64,000 nucleotides of DNA from Octopus sinensis (GCF_006345805.1 NW_021835988.1:391142-455141); one strand, 5' to 3'. Positions 49,199 to 63,465 are shown, counted from the first letter of the stretch. Translations and numbers: made by a program. The notes: generated by a model from the sequence alone, not told the origin.

Positions 49199-51434
49199 TT
49201 ATCGATGATTAGCCTTAAATCTTCTCTTTCCACTTAACAAGTGCTTTGGTCTCAGATTAGGGACATGTCTATCTCCCTCTCCCTTCCTAGACTCCAAAGC
49301 CATTTTCCTTTGTGCACATCTCTGCATTTTAGTGACCACGCGATAGGCCGCCTCATCCTTAAGTCCACTCATATCTCGACCAGGTCTCTTGACTAATGCC
49401 CGACCCCCCTCAGCCTTCTCACCAGCACTCAAGGTCACAGCCCTTCGATTCACATTTGACGAATTCCTCAGTTTTTGAACTATAATAAATATAAATACGC
49501 TCACTATTGTGGGGTCATAGGCCTCGCTTCCTCTTCTCATTCTCTTTTCGAGACTCCTCAATTCGAGTCTGTGGAGTGCTCGTGGAGTCTTTCGTTTGAT
49601 GGTCCTCTTCACTCGTCCTTTCTGGATTAACAAATTCTTTTGTATTTTGATCCTAATTACTAATATGCCAAAATCAAACTGTTTTGCTGTGGCACGAATC
49701 TTCTTTGTGTCTTCGTCCTCACTTTCTGAACTATCATAAAACCCCGCTTTTTCCCTCAACTCCTCCTCTGTGTTGAGTTGTTCCAATCTCTACCACTCAT
49801 TCCCATCAGTAACTACCTTAAATATAAAGGGATCCACAAAATCAGCCACATTATGACCATTATAAAACTCCGGAATTACATCATACTTGTACTCCTCTGG
49901 CAAATCATAATTCTCTACAAACAATAACCACAAAACTACTTTTAAAATCAATAAAATAATCATCTCCCATTTCCCGTTCAATGTCCTTTTCTAATCGCTT
50001 AGAAGCTTCCGGTTTTATGACCTCAGGGATGTAAGGGAGTCTCAACTACAATCCATTTGTGGCATTAACCTTGTCATCACGCGGAATAGGCTCTGCCACG
50101 TGGACTCGGCTGACCAAATCAGCCCCTTTTGAGTTGATTTTGGCTTCAACTCTCATCTCCAATAATCGGTCACACGCCTCTCCCTTTACTTGTTCTATCC
50201 CCTCTCCACTAATCGTGCTCATTTGAAGGACAGTTCCCTCAAACTTGGAGATCACACTCTGATATATATTTACTATAAGGACAGTACTCTTCTTTCCTCA
50301 TCTAGTTGTTCCAATGGACACAAATCAGTCTTATTTGCACAGACTAAGACCGGCTTGCCTTGGAAAAGTGGTTTTATATTCTCGTACAGTTCAAACTACA
50401 GTTATTTAGATGTTTTACTTGCTGAGAGAGGGAATATCCACAGGACTCGGATGGGTCGATCATGTATATTACTGATGCCTTCAGGTGAGCCAAAGCAGTC
50501 ACTGCCTGCATTTCGATTGTGTTCCTTTCCTCCAATGCATGGTCCAGTATTCCCGGAGTATCAATCACCTTAATTAATTATCACATATTATTTAATTAAT
50601 TATTAATTTATAAACTAATTTTATAGTAATAAAATAATTATAGTATGGCGAACCTGCCATCTAAGATAGTTATAGTCTGTGTGGCCTACGTAAAGGGACT
50701 TGGTGGTAAAGGCATAACTCTGTACTTCTACATCAGCTCTGGTTATCTAGGAATAAATAGACATTACTCACAGTGTTAAGAAAACTGGATTTGCCCACAT
50801 TGGGGTACCCACATATGATCAAAGTCCGAGTACTGGGGTCAATTGTGGGAAGTCTACTGAGATGTTGTCTAACCTGCTCGAGGTATTCCAGAGAGGAGGA
50901 CTGTCTTCTTATAATAGTCACCATTCTACATTGATATTCCAGACACCACAACCTCCCAAGTCCCGCTCTTTTGAGTTGCTTACATCGGAAAAGAGAATCT
51001 GCGAGTTTGACAAGTCTGGTGTAGTCACGTGCAACACTGAGGTGGTGATAAAGTAAATAAACTTGTCGATTAGATTCTTTGCAGTGTTGATCTGTCCGAG
51101 TGCTAGTTTATAGTGATCTCGGTCGTATAGAATGTTCATTAGGTCTGTATAGAATGGATGTACTTCCTTTGTGTGTTATAAAATGGGTACATCGAGTTTG
51201 GGGAATTGGGAGATTATTGCTGTTAGGCGGTCGTGGAAGTTTTGTTGGGTGAATTTGATTTTACGGAGATAAAATTGACGGATTTTTGTTAGTTTTTCTC
51301 GTTTATGGACTACTGTTGGTGTTTTTCTCTGTGTTTTGGAAAGGGTAAAGTCGATAAAATTCTGTTTTATTTATTCTGCTTTATACTTTTGCTGATGGAA
51401 CTACTGTTATGCCTCGGAAGTTATAACCCACCAT
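49199..51434 (-). CDS. GTPBP4: Nucleolar GTP-binding protein 1, 12-13 introns (one of 85 nt, the rest ~23-29 nt)
   Basis: [16 protein letters not shown]|[77 protein letters not shown]. Confidence 0.96.
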
Positions 51435-52135
51435 GTCAACACGTGTGACACAAATAAAATTTATTATTTAAATATTTATATAAAAATGAATTAATGTTAA
51501 AATAATTGAAGCTTTCAATATTATTTAGGATAATCAGTTGCGATCTAGAATGCAATGTCTGTGCGTCAGAACTTTTAAAATCAGGTTTGTTGTACACAGA
51601 CATTAAAAGGAGATCGACAACTGTATTCTTAGGGTATAATAGTGTTCTCTATAGAGGAAAAAAACTGCTGGTATTAGTTGACTTCACCACAGAATTCGCC
51701 TTCCTTACTGCATCATGTATCTGAAGCAGCTCTCAGAGAGACGATATGAGCCCTAAATACAAAGATAAAATTAAACTATTTTATGAAAATGATGTAGACT
51801 TTATATTTACAGACAAGAAAATACCAAATTCTACTTAAAGTACAAACTATTTTGAATAAATGGAATCTGCAAATAATATTTTAACAACTGACTATATACG
51901 AATCGAACGGACTAAGTCAAGAAATGATAAATGCTGAAGTACACAAAAAACCCAAATCACTACTAAATGATGCTGATAATATTTATCAAAAAAATGCTGT
52001 CTTTCATATACTTTACAAAATGTACAACATCTGACTCAGAAAAAAACATATATCACTGAAACTTAGAATGAGAAAATACAATAAGTTTAGTTTGTTAGTA
52101 GTCTCAAACTCTGACATGCAGAAAACCAGCGGTTA

Positions 52136-52960
52136 TTAAACGGGGCACGACGTGGGACGGTCGCTCCCAGAAATCCTAAAACGATACGTGTAGTAACGAC
52201 TTTCCGAGTGGTCTAAAACAGAACAACAAATGGTGGACGGAAATCGGATTGGACTTACACACGTGGCAAAGTCTTCTTTCTGTTTTTTTCCTATGTAATC
52301 ACTTCCAAGGCAGGGGTGATGCCCGCTGCGATGTCTTACGAGGAACACACGTTTTTTTCTTAGCAATGGTAATTCTGACTTATCAATTTCCTGGGGAGGT
52401 TCTTAGAGTATTTTGTTTAGTGATAGTCTCGGAATGGCTCTCATGGAAATAAAGTCGTATATTAATGCCGATCTTTTTTTATCTGTTTCCTAAAAGGATT
52501 TTCAACAGAATTCTTTCCAGATCAGCACAAGTAGCACGTATTTTCTTTTTTTTGGTGGATTTGGGAAGATTGTGAGGCGGGTGGTAAGCAGCCGAGGAGT
52601 CATCCAAAAATTGGAACCCATGCATTTCAAGAGGTGACTAATAGGGGAAGATTTTAAACATCCGATCATCGTTCTGAGCCCAGAATTCTGTACTTGTTGT
52701 AAGTTCTCAAATGATGTGAAAGAGACCTACGGAGATTAGCAAGAGAAGGCATAGTTCATTGTTATTTGAATAAATTGTTTTTATATCAGTTTTAAACTTT
52801 CCATGGCTTTTTCAAAAGAATAACCAGAAACTGTATGTGGTGCGTCCAGGTTGTGCCTGGCTTTGATACATATTGTATTCACGTTGGTAGAAAAACACAG
52901 AAATTAATCATAAGTGATACCCAAAATTTTGGGGTTTTTTGTTGTGGCTAATTTTCAAAT
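52136..52960 (-). mobile_element. Degraded I-group LINE 3' part with a C-terminal zinc motif
   Basis: KNPKILGITYD; LQQVQNSGLRTMIGC; RSGHHPCL..CHVC..HHLLFC. Confidence 0.7.
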
Positions 52961-53586
52961 AAAAGAGTTAGGGTTCATAACTAAGTTTACGTTTTTTAGT
53001 CGTCAAGAGCAGAGATTTTCAATCTTTTTTACTCGTCGCCCCTTTTGAACTTTCATTCCCCAACCAAATATTTCATCGCCTCAAAATTATCATTGTGATG
53101 TATTAATATAAAAAAATTTTTAATTTCGATAAATGGTTTTGTCTGAAGCAATAAAAAATCTTTTAACAAACTCGGAGCTATATTTATTAGACTATGTCAA
53201 ATACACCGTGCAACCGAATAATGGAAAATTATTTTCGCACTGAAAATAATGAATTCAGAGCAAGACCCAAAACCTCATTTCAACTTGTTGTCCGTAAGCG
53301 AAGATGGCATGGAGGGTGGCCGAAATGCAGGGTTTAAGCGAAACCATTTGTGAGATACGCGTAAAAATGCAAGTAGAAAAATCGATGATATAACTTCACT
53401 AATAAAAAAGTATAGTATTTATTTGTTGAAACTTTTTATTGGAGACATGTTAATAAATTTTTTCTAAGATTAATACATTTTCTTATTTTATTGTATTGAC
53501 TATAATTATTAAAGAAAATATATTTAAACGTCAAACCAACAGTATAAAGAATTAATACACTTTCAAATATTTTTAAAGATTAGAGA

Positions 53587-55126
53587 ATGAAAATTTTCGT
53601 TATCATTTTAATTGTATTTTACATCGGATGCAACTATATAAATTTTCCTCGAATTTCAAGCGACGAACCTTTAATTCTCACTGACTACTTAAATAAAGGA
53701 CAGAAAGAATTGGCTAGGGAATTGAGCAGAGTTGAACCTTTTATAGGAAATGTTGAACTCTACGCAGGTTTTTTCAGAGTAAGCACTGAATGTGAAAGAA
53801 ATACATATTTCTGGTATTTTCCAGCAGAGGTTTAATTATTTTTTTGATCACAAAAGAACGGAAACACATCAGCACCCATTCTAGTTTGGTTGCAAGGTGG
53901 ACCCGGAGCCTCTTCGATATACGGCGCCTTTGTAGAAAATGGTCCCTACTTTATCAATTCAAACAACGAATGTAATTTAATTTTGATTAGCTTTACAGTA
54001 AAATTAAGGGAAATCTCGTGGACAAAAGAATTTAACGTTCTTTACATTGATAATCCTGTATATTTTAAATAATTAATTTCAGGTCGGAGCTGGGTTTAGT
54101 TTTACAAATCAAGAAGAATGTTATCTGACAAACGAAGAACAAGTCGGTTATTATTTAACAATGTAATCTTATCAAATTGACACGAGTTAGTTTCATGCAA
54201 CAATTTTATCTGCTTTTCCCAGAATTGAGGATTAACCCCCTTTACATTACTGGAGAATCTTATGCCGGGAAATATATTCCCGCGATGGTTTCTGCAATTG
54301 ATCAATATAACTGGAACAATCCAACGCCAATTAATTTAGTTGGAATGGCAATTGGAGACGGTCTTTGTGATCCTTATAATGTAAGTATTTTTTAGTTATA
54401 AAAAAGATGTTTGACTTCGGAACATATCTGTATAATATTGGACTTATTTTCGATAATCAAATTGGCAAATTTGATGATTTGAATTTTTTAGCACGTCAGA
54501 ACATTGAAGCTAAAAATTTTTATCGCAGCAGTGAGGTTCCTTTTATTGAATAAAAGTAGTATTTTGATAAAATATTTGACCTATTCTATGAACTAACTGG
54601 TCTTACTGACTATTATAATTATATACTCGACGAGGTTTTATTTAAATAATTTATAAGTTTAGGAAGTTCCTCATCAAAATTATGTTGATTTCGTGAACAA
54701 AAACTCTCGTCGATTAAACGCAGGAAATTTAACTTATTGTGACATTTGCGATCTTCCCTATCGGAAGCTATATGAAGATATCTCCAAATCAATGGCCCCC
54801 ACAATACAAAATATCCTCGATGCAGGCTATAAAGTAATTTAAATTATTATTATCAGACTCTCTTTTATTCCGGACAAGTTGACGTAATCGTACCTTATAT
54901 TGCGACCAGTGCATTTTTAAGAGAACTTAATTGGACTAGAAAAGAAGAATTTTCAAATGCTCCTCAACAAATTTGGTACTCGGCAAACGGTTCAAGAGTG
55001 AATGGATATTATAAAACTGCCGGGAATTTAATGCAGTTAATCGTGAGAGATTCTGGACACATGGTTCCAACGGATCAGCCAGAAGCAGGATTTGAAATGC
55101 TTAAGCTTTTCATCTATGGGTTCTGA
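53587..55126 (+). CDS. CPVL: Serine carboxypeptidase S10, vitellogenic-like, secreted; 8 tiny introns
   Basis: Signal peptide; PLILTDYL; WLQGGPGASS; YIDNP|VGAGFS; GESYAGKY; GQVD; SGHMVPTDQP. Confidence 0.92.
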
Positions 55127-57334
55127 TCAATTATCTTTTTCTGGTTTTTAGTTTACATTAACATAGTTCAATACTAATTTACTGATTAATTAACTATTTT
55201 CTGACAATTCATCTAATCTTATCGTTTTAAAAAATTTTTTGGTTATCTTATCTAATTTTTGATATATGAAATTTTTTGAAAATTATCTCAAATATTAAAT
55301 GACTCTTTTCTTTGTGGAATTTATAACTACACAAATTTGTTATTTTTTGTAATTCGTATATCTATTTTAATTTACTGATTCAATTATCCGTCGAACGTAT
55401 TCACTAGTTAACTCAAACAACCCTTCAATGTTTAGAACCAAATTATAATTATTTAACGGGGCTTGTGGTACATTTTCCCGTAAATTCATCTTACAATATC
55501 ACCAGTATTCTCACTCTCAGAGTCCTTACACTCTCTGGATCCATTCGACCAACACAGTGAAATGTGGTCTTTGATTCATTTCGGTTATACGAAAGTGTAA
55601 AAGACCCCTACTAGTCTGATCCAGTGGATACTTCATGTTCTAGTAGCATGCTAATTTAACGCGTAAATAAAATCATTCGTGTGGAAATTCCCGATATAAA
55701 TAAGTGGCGGAGACAGTTTCCCAAAACTAATAACGACCAACGACTTAATCCTCCTTCTTACATTGTCTGGATTCGACAGACGCATCTGATTAGCATTTTC
55801 CGAAATATGAACACTTCGGAAGACGGAAATGTCACCCAACTGTCCTTTAATTGTATCATTTAAATGCAGTCGACAGTAAAATGACTATATTAAGGGGAAT
55901 GGACTGCCTTATAAGGAAAAAATGCAATCACTCATTCCTCGCGAAGGTTAAAATAATTTTAACCTTATAATTTTAAATTTTAACTTTTTAACCTAATAAT
56001 ATTGTTTAATATGCATTTATTTATAATAAAATATAGTTAAAAAATCATTTAAATTATTATTTATTTACTATTATTAAATTTTAACTTTTTTAACTTAGTT
56101 CGCCCTATTTATGATAAAGAACGTCCAATGGTCAAAAGGCCCGGCTCAAATTCTTCGGTTTCATTGCGCTTGCAGTTGGCATATGAAAACTATACCATTT
56201 TCAAGTCAATTTGGCAATTACGAACTTCAAATCGCAATTTGAAAAATCAAATTAAGTGATGTTAAAGTATTGCAGACTGTGTGTGCAAAAATGAGGATCT
56301 ACTCGATCGAAATTTGAGGATCTAGCAGTAATGAACAAGAAGTTGATTAGTGTTTATTTTAAAGTAAAAATTAAAAAATATTAAATTAAGCAGGAAAAAT
56401 AAAATTGAAGGAAATCCATTATTTAGGATGCTACTGCTCAAACACATTCTCGCGTAGAAATCTATGTCTTTTTTATTAAAAATGGAGTTTCACACTTCGG
56501 AATAACAATTTACGTCTTTTTTTATTAAAACGGCGTCACGTCCGGTTTGTTTTAAGTGTTAACTCGTAATTATTAAATATAAATGAATTTACACCTGCTC
56601 TCAGTGGTATTGAGTTTGTTTTCGTATACACCAAAATCTCTCCAGCTGTTTTAAACACATTAACACAGTATTTTCTAGGGATTGTAAATTTTTACCAACT
56701 TACTAGTTTGATCTAGTCGATGTAAGTGGATATAAAAAAGGGAAATGTTGACCATGCCTACTCCGTTGAGTGCCTGCGAAGACTCCTTTGTGGTTTATAA
56801 AATTTGTTGCAACTATGATGGACAGATGGAATGTGCATCTACTAATTCTTTACATCAAATTTCTTGAAGTTACAAGAATTAAGCAATAAAGGAATTTCTA
56901 ACTCTTGTAAATTCAGTAGATTGACAACTATCTTAATTGATTATTAAAAATTTTATCATTTACAAAAGTGTAATTATTGAACTCCATTTAAAGGGAAATA
57001 GAAAGGACTGAGGAAAATGAATTTGTTGGAGAAAGTGGATTTGATCTAGTATATACATCCGACTAGGTTAATGTGGATAGTCAAGACATTTGAATCCGCA
57101 CTAGGACATTTACTGTTTTATATCTGAAATACTTTTTTAGAAATTTGGAAATTTTTATGACAAATTAGGTTTTTTTATTGAAGGTATAAGTAAAATAAGA
57201 TTAATGTTTAAACTTTCTAGACATAAACCGATACATTTTAATTTTTGTTAACCTTGTCCGAAATTTGTGTGTCAAATTTTGTATTCTTTTATTTTTTACA
57301 ACTTAGATTTTATTATATCAAATTTTTTAAAAAA

Positions 57335-58662
57335 AAGATCAACAACAGAGTCAGGGAACATAAGCTTGACGCTCGTCCCGTAGCAACTACCAACCAAACC
57401 GTTGACAGGTTGGTTGGCAAGGGGAAAAGGTTGGTTCTGTTTGTTACTGAAGGAGAATCAGCATCTAATCATCTCCACGAGGAGGTGAACCACATGACGA
57501 GACCATTTTGAAATGCTCGTGCTACAATTTCTTGTCAAATGCCGAACGCCAAATCACTCCGCCTACTTTCTTTGGCACTCCTCTAATAACAGGAAAATAA
57601 TTCCGACCCTCGCGGACAAAATCTGCATGCTTAAACCATTTCCTCCGACAATAACCAGAAGAAAATTCACAACTTGGTAGCTACGAAGACAATCAGATGT
57701 CTTGGAATAAACAAGCTTCTGGGACGCATTCCGCCACTAATAAACAACAACGAATCCTCCCTCTCGAGAAAAACCCGAGTATTATCGTTGAAGAATAAGT
57801 CTTGCCGAATCCACGCATTCTCACTCTCTCAGTGACCTTTCTCGTGTCCAGGCCCATTTTCTGCTTCCTCAAAACACCGGATCGCGATCGGGGATATTTG
57901 GGAGCGTCCGACATTGACAATTTCGTTCTTGTTAGCCACCGGTTTCCTTCAATTGAAGGGGCCGTGGGTAAATAAATAGGGTTGGTATGCTTGGCTCTTC
58001 TATAACTGAACACCTGGACTCCAGTGCCGAAACTAGCACGGAACCTGTAAAAAGAACGACCGTGGAGAATGTCCAGCCTCGTTCTGTTGATGAAAGTTCA
58101 AGCCTCTGGGAACGAACTCAAAATTGAATGCGTTAAAAGCAATTATTTCCTCTATTGATGTTAAAGATAGAAGAAGCTGTGCTGTATCAGTCCTTGAAGC
58201 TATCCATTCGAGGTTAGAACGTGTCCCCAGGTGTTGTTGGAATGTCATACTAGAGAATTTTGATTCTAAATTTGGAGGTAAAATCTCCCAGTCCGAATAT
58301 AGAAAGCTTGAATATTCCCTCAAAAGGCTGTTCGCTTGCTGCAGGCTAACGTTCGTGCAACAGTTGAAAAAAATATTCCTTCTGCACAAAAAAGATTCCA
58401 GTGACATAAAAAAGAAAAGTAGAGAGACTTCGATCGATAATTCCTTGTTGCCATCAATTAGGAATGCGTTATCATCTGTAGGCACCAGGTCATTGACACT
58501 TTGTCAGTGTTCTGATGCTATGATACCAAACATATTCTCTTATGTTCTACATCTGTATCTGGTATTATGATCATTTATGAGTCCCTCAATGAAAGTGCTG
58601 ATAGTGCGTTGGTGGAAAGCTCTCCCAAGAGGAGAAAAATTCCAGGAGACGAGGATTATTGA
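57335..58662 (+). other. GC-richer degraded coding-like segment of unknown origin
   Basis: Broken frames including LNALKAIISSIDVKDRRSC...; a final frame ends SSPKRRKIPGDEDY*; no family recognised. Confidence 0.35.
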
Positions 58663-59129
58663 GCTAACGTGATTATGAACACATTTTCCAACGAAACTTA
58701 GAATAACTTTTATTGAAATTTTTTCATTCTAATATCTCTCACGACCATCAGTTTAATCAGAAATGGATTGAATATCTTAAAACATTTAATTGTTCATTAA
58801 ACTAACTTTCATTAACAAAAAATATTCACCACACGAAGAGAGTCGGAGAAAGGCAATGTTCACCCTGCTTTAAATATCAGGACATTTTACAGTCACTGGA
58901 TATGACTGAAAAATTCAGCCAAATCGCTCTTGAACATCCATTTTGACGAATACACCAATTTTAAAACACGAAGTATAGATCTCTTCAGCTTAGTTATCCC
59001 GCTATAAATTATTAATCCATTCATAGTAAAAATGTCCACAGTTGAAATCAAGATACAAGGAATATGGGACATTTTATTTATTTAAATTCTTAAAAGTAAA
59101 ATCCATATTTTACTAGAATAAACTATAAA

Positions 59130-59487
59130 AAAATAAACAATAAAATAGTAAAAAGATCGAGATAAACAAAAAATACTAAAAAGAAATAAATATAATTGGA
59201 AAAATCCATATGAATGAAGATTAATTAATCAATAAAATGAATAGACTTGCAAAATAAAATTTATCAATGATATTTTACCAGTAGTCAATTGAATTAATCT
59301 TCAAACAAATGAAAAAACAAAATATTATAAAAATAAAATATGAAAGCAAAAGAAAAAAATAAGAATTAACAACCAGAATCACACCACAAGAAAAAAATAA
59401 CGTATTTAGGACATGAGAATTTATTGTAATTAATTAGATAAATTTAGAACATTAAAAAAATTAAATCAATAACATTTAATATTGTCA
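59130..59487 (+). repeat. Dispersed AT-rich repeat, copy 4 (diverged)
   Basis: ttaattaatcaataaaatgaata...gatattttaccagtagtcaatt...catttaatattgtca. Confidence 0.8.
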
Positions 59488-59520
59488 GTCTTTTTGCGTA
59501 AACAAATCAACACATAATTA

Positions 59521-59810
59521 CATGTCGACTCTGCCTCCCGCCCTAGCTCAGCCTCAGCACATGCCGAAACGAAAAAAATCGCAAAGTACGCCTCATTGGA
59601 GAACACCTGCCTTTTCGTCCCCCTAGCTTTCGGGAAGAGTAAGATAATCGGCCCAAAAGCCCTGGAGTCCCTTTCGGAGATTGGTTTCATGATCTCGAGG
59701 AAGAGTCACGAGAGACGTGAGTCTATCTGGCTTTTTCAGCACATTTCCCTTGCGATATTGCGCGGAAACTGCCTGTCTATTTGCTCGTTCTCTCAATCAA
59801 AGAATTAACG
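59521..59810 (+). mobile_element. CRE-like 3' fragment (same family as 38280)
   Basis: AETKKIAKY..FVPLAF..QHISLAILRGNCLSI. Confidence 0.85.
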
Positions 59811-60861
59811 ACTGTTTATTAGAAAAATACTGATTATTATTTAAAAAAATTACGTGTAAGACTTAGAAGACGAACTAGATTTCTTTCATCGTCAACAACT
59901 CCGACTGTTGCCTGGCATCAAATGGCTAAAGAATATAACAAAAATCTATACAAAAGTGGTATTAATAATATAGTATTTAAATGATGCAAAAACCCAAATG
60001 TTCGTTGCTTAAGAAAATCGAGTTCTGGATTGCTGACGATGGCCTTTTATTTTGTTTTCTTTGTTTTGCAAAGGCAGCTGTTTAAAAAAATATTCAGTCA
60101 ATTCTCTTCGTTCTTTAAAACATCAGAACAATGTGCGTATAAATTTTCCATTGTGACCTGGTGCTCATGCCGCATATTATTAAAAATATGTACACCGATT
60201 TCAAAACACAAAATATACATCTCTTCAACTTAGTTATTGAGCTACTGTCTGACGCAACATAGGAAAGCTTCAGGGGTGGGGCACTTTTTAAAATTAACAT
60301 TTTAGCAAAATAAAATGAAAAATTAAAACAAAATTATGAACATTTTGGGGCGTCGTACAATAATTTATTGTTACTTGACAATGTGGAATCCCATAAAACT
60401 GTTGAATGTTTAAATATTGAATTTTTATTTTTAGCAAAAAATATACGCTTTATTTACAACCTTTAGATATGAGAATAATCAAGGCTTTGTAAGATTATTA
60501 TTCAAGTCTTTTGATAGAATTTTTGGTTTTCGAGATTTTGGAAAACGATTTTATACATTCTATTTAAAATCAAACTTTCGTCGTGTCATGGTGCTAATTT
60601 CAAAGGGCTGAGAGAAAATAGATGTGGGATGTATTGTTAATTGTTGGAAAAGTAACGACAGAAAAGTGATTTTTATGCAACAGAGTGTCTAAATATCATC
60701 ATGTAAATCAGCGATTTTAATTAATTGACGAATTTTTATCATTACGTGATTTTATAATAAACATACTATAATTTTTGTATGAATAATTAGATAAAAAGGA
60801 ATAATAATCAAAATGATAAAATTTAACAAATATATATTGTAGATTAACTCAGAATACAATT

Positions 60862-61035
60862 CTTCCTGTGTTTTTTGGGGCCAAGACGCTTACTCATCTT
60901 AAGAACTTGGCCGTCTGTATACCTATCGCTCCAGAGATCTCAGGGAATTTATATTCCTTATTCAGAGGATCTCGCTGGCTGTTTTACGCGGGAATTGTCT
61001 TTCAATCCTGCGAGCCCAGTACTTAATAGCTAGAT
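60862..61035 (+). mobile_element. CRE-like 3' tip related to the 5348 element
   Basis: RDLREFIFLIQRISLAVLRGNCLSI. Confidence 0.8.
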
Positions 61036-61556
61036 TTTTTTAACAAATTTCCTTGTGGCATAGTTGACGAAGTTTTATCATTTTACTAAAACTTTTCTTA
61101 AAAAGCTTTATATTGGAATATCATATTTTCCTAAATAAAAAAGTACTTTGCAAAAAATTTGAAATCACGTACTTTGGAATTATGTAATTTAATTAGTTTA
61201 TTGATACTAACAGTATGAATTTATTTTAATGGTTCCTTTACTATATCATTCATACAAATAATTGATTTAATTTATCTGATTACATAAATCAAAATTGTTT
61301 TAATGTAATAAATACATACAAAAGTAAAAATAGGAACTAAATTAAGGAGTAATTATACGATCTTTTCTGAGTATATAAACGAGTCTACAAAAAATACACA
61401 AATCCAAGTAAGTAGCTGGCATTTAGTAATCTTTACTTGAACTCTAAAGATTAGATAAATATAAAAAAAACACTTTATATTTGAATACTATAATGTTCCT
61501 TTTTCATTTTAAAAAAATAAGCATACTCTTTGATTTAAAAATATTGTAGTAACTCA

Positions 61557-62460
61557 ATGAAAAATTCAATAAGAAAAAAAACGCAAAAAAGATAAATATC
61601 TAGAAAACAGACAATATGGAGCCGGCTTAATAAATAGAAAGAAAAACTGCTATTTGAATACTGTATAGACTTTAATTTTCACTCCGCCATTTTATCAATA
61701 TTATGATTCGAGTCCACACATTAATCTATGTTTATATTTTGCATTTAAATTTTGCAGGTCAAAAAAAATTAAAAAATGATCGTGTCTGGAATGCTCGATG
61801 AAATTACAATCGACAAAACAAAGTTAAATTGCTCCTTTTACCCAGATATGATTCTGTAATGTTTATTAAGTAACTTATTTGTTTTAATTAATTACAGATC
61901 TCTCCAACACGATGAAAGACGATGAACAACAAGACGCGCATGAATGTTTAATATTCATTCTGGAAAAACTGAATAACAATATTAATTTTGAATATAATAA
62001 TATGTATGTTAATAATAATTATTATAGTTCTAATTCTCGGAGACAAATACCATTTCCAAAATATTTGAAGGTATTCTTCAAAGTCAAAGTTGCTATTTTT
62101 ATATTATTTCTTAGTTTTTTGTGCAAGTTGTGGACATTCTTCCAAAAAATTTGGCCGTTTTTTGGATCTTTCTGTTTCAATAAAAGTATCATAAGAATTT
62201 AAGTTTTTTTATAGTATGCTTCGTCGCTCATAAAGTCAATGTCTGCATATTTTGAAGCTGAACATCTTAATGGAAGTAATAAATACTTCTGTGATAGGTT
62301 TTTATATTTAGATAACTTTATTCAATAGCTGTAATAATTATGTGGAGGGTACAAAGCTTTTAAGTATTAATAAGCTTCCGAAAATTTTGACTTTTCAAAT
62401 CAAGAGGTAAATAAAGACTACTTTTAAAATATTTAGGTTTTCGTACGAAAATAGATCCAA
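61557..62460 (+). pseudogene. Ubiquitin-specific protease (USP17/36/42-like) relic with tiny introns
   Basis: GAGLINRKKNCYLNTV* (Cys box with stop), QQDAHECL, CASC..FLDLSV, YFEAEHLNGSNKYFCDS|C..LPKILTFQIKR|F; no His box. Confidence 0.75.
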
Positions 62461-62974
62461 TTATTTCAATTAATATATAAATAGAGTAACGGAGCTATTC
62501 CAATTCTTGAAAAAATATTGTCAGGAAAAAGGAATATTAAATGCGAATACGCTGGGGGATGCAAAGTTCGGATTAAGATGATTTAAGCTTCACTTTTGTA
62601 CGGGATTTTTTTACGTTTTTTCTTTCTTGATTATTCTTATCAGTAATTACACGTCTAATTAAATATATCCTTGTTAATTAGAACGTAACTTACAAAAGAA
62701 TGATTTTTTAACTAATCGTAGATAGGACCAGAATATCTTTACTAGTTTTTTCTTTTTTGTTGTGTGTGGATCCTTTTCCAACAATCGGATCCCACAGTGG
62801 ATGGTCACTCCATTATTAGTGTATTTTATTAAAAAGTGTTTAATGAACATTGTTCTATTTTAGTCATTTTTCATCTCCTTGGATTGGAGCATGAATGTTA
62901 TAAATGAGTGTATGACCATCCTGCTTCTCTTGGAGAAATTGACCCTGATACTTTGTTGCCAATCTATGTTAAAG

Positions 62975-63370
62975 TAGATAAAACAAAGTATCATCGAAAA
63001 TATGCACGGCGAACGTGGCACGAGGGTCATTTGGTGGTCGGGGAAAAGAAACGGGAAATCCAATAAACATTATTTTGTGCAAAGTACCCAACCGAACTCA
63101 ATAAACTCTAATTATATTCAGAGTTATGTTCGTCCAGGATCAATTGTATGCACCGACAAATTGTCTGCGTACAATGGACTTGAATCGTCTGGTTACTCTG
63201 AGCCCTTACGAGTTAATCACAGCCGGAATTTCGTGGATCCAAACAATCGTTTTTCACATACTCAAAGAATTGAGTCTTTGTTGTCATACGCCAAAAAAAG
63301 TTAGAGAATGAATGGGACATCCCGCGAACTTTTCACTTCATACTTTGCTGAGTTTGAGTGGAGATGGCCT
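62975..63370 (+). mobile_element. Merlin/ISXO2 (IS1595-like) transposase fragment
   Basis: KYHR, VRPGSIVCTDKLSAY..VNHSRNFVDP..HTQRIES, YFAEFEWR. Confidence 0.85.
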
Positions 63371-63465
63371 AAGTGTTCCTTCTACTGTTCCGCTATGCCT
63401 TCGACACCAAGGAAGCGTTAGTTAGTTGATTTCTAATTATTGTTCCGTTAATAGTTATTGATTGT

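Noticed and set aside
49480-49504. Non-canonical (GC-AG 21 nt or GT-AA 24 nt) intron in NOG1
   Set aside because: A canonical 25-nt gtgagc..tag intron fits if the G4 run at 49511-49514 is really G5; a homopolymer error is the simpler explanation. Needs reads
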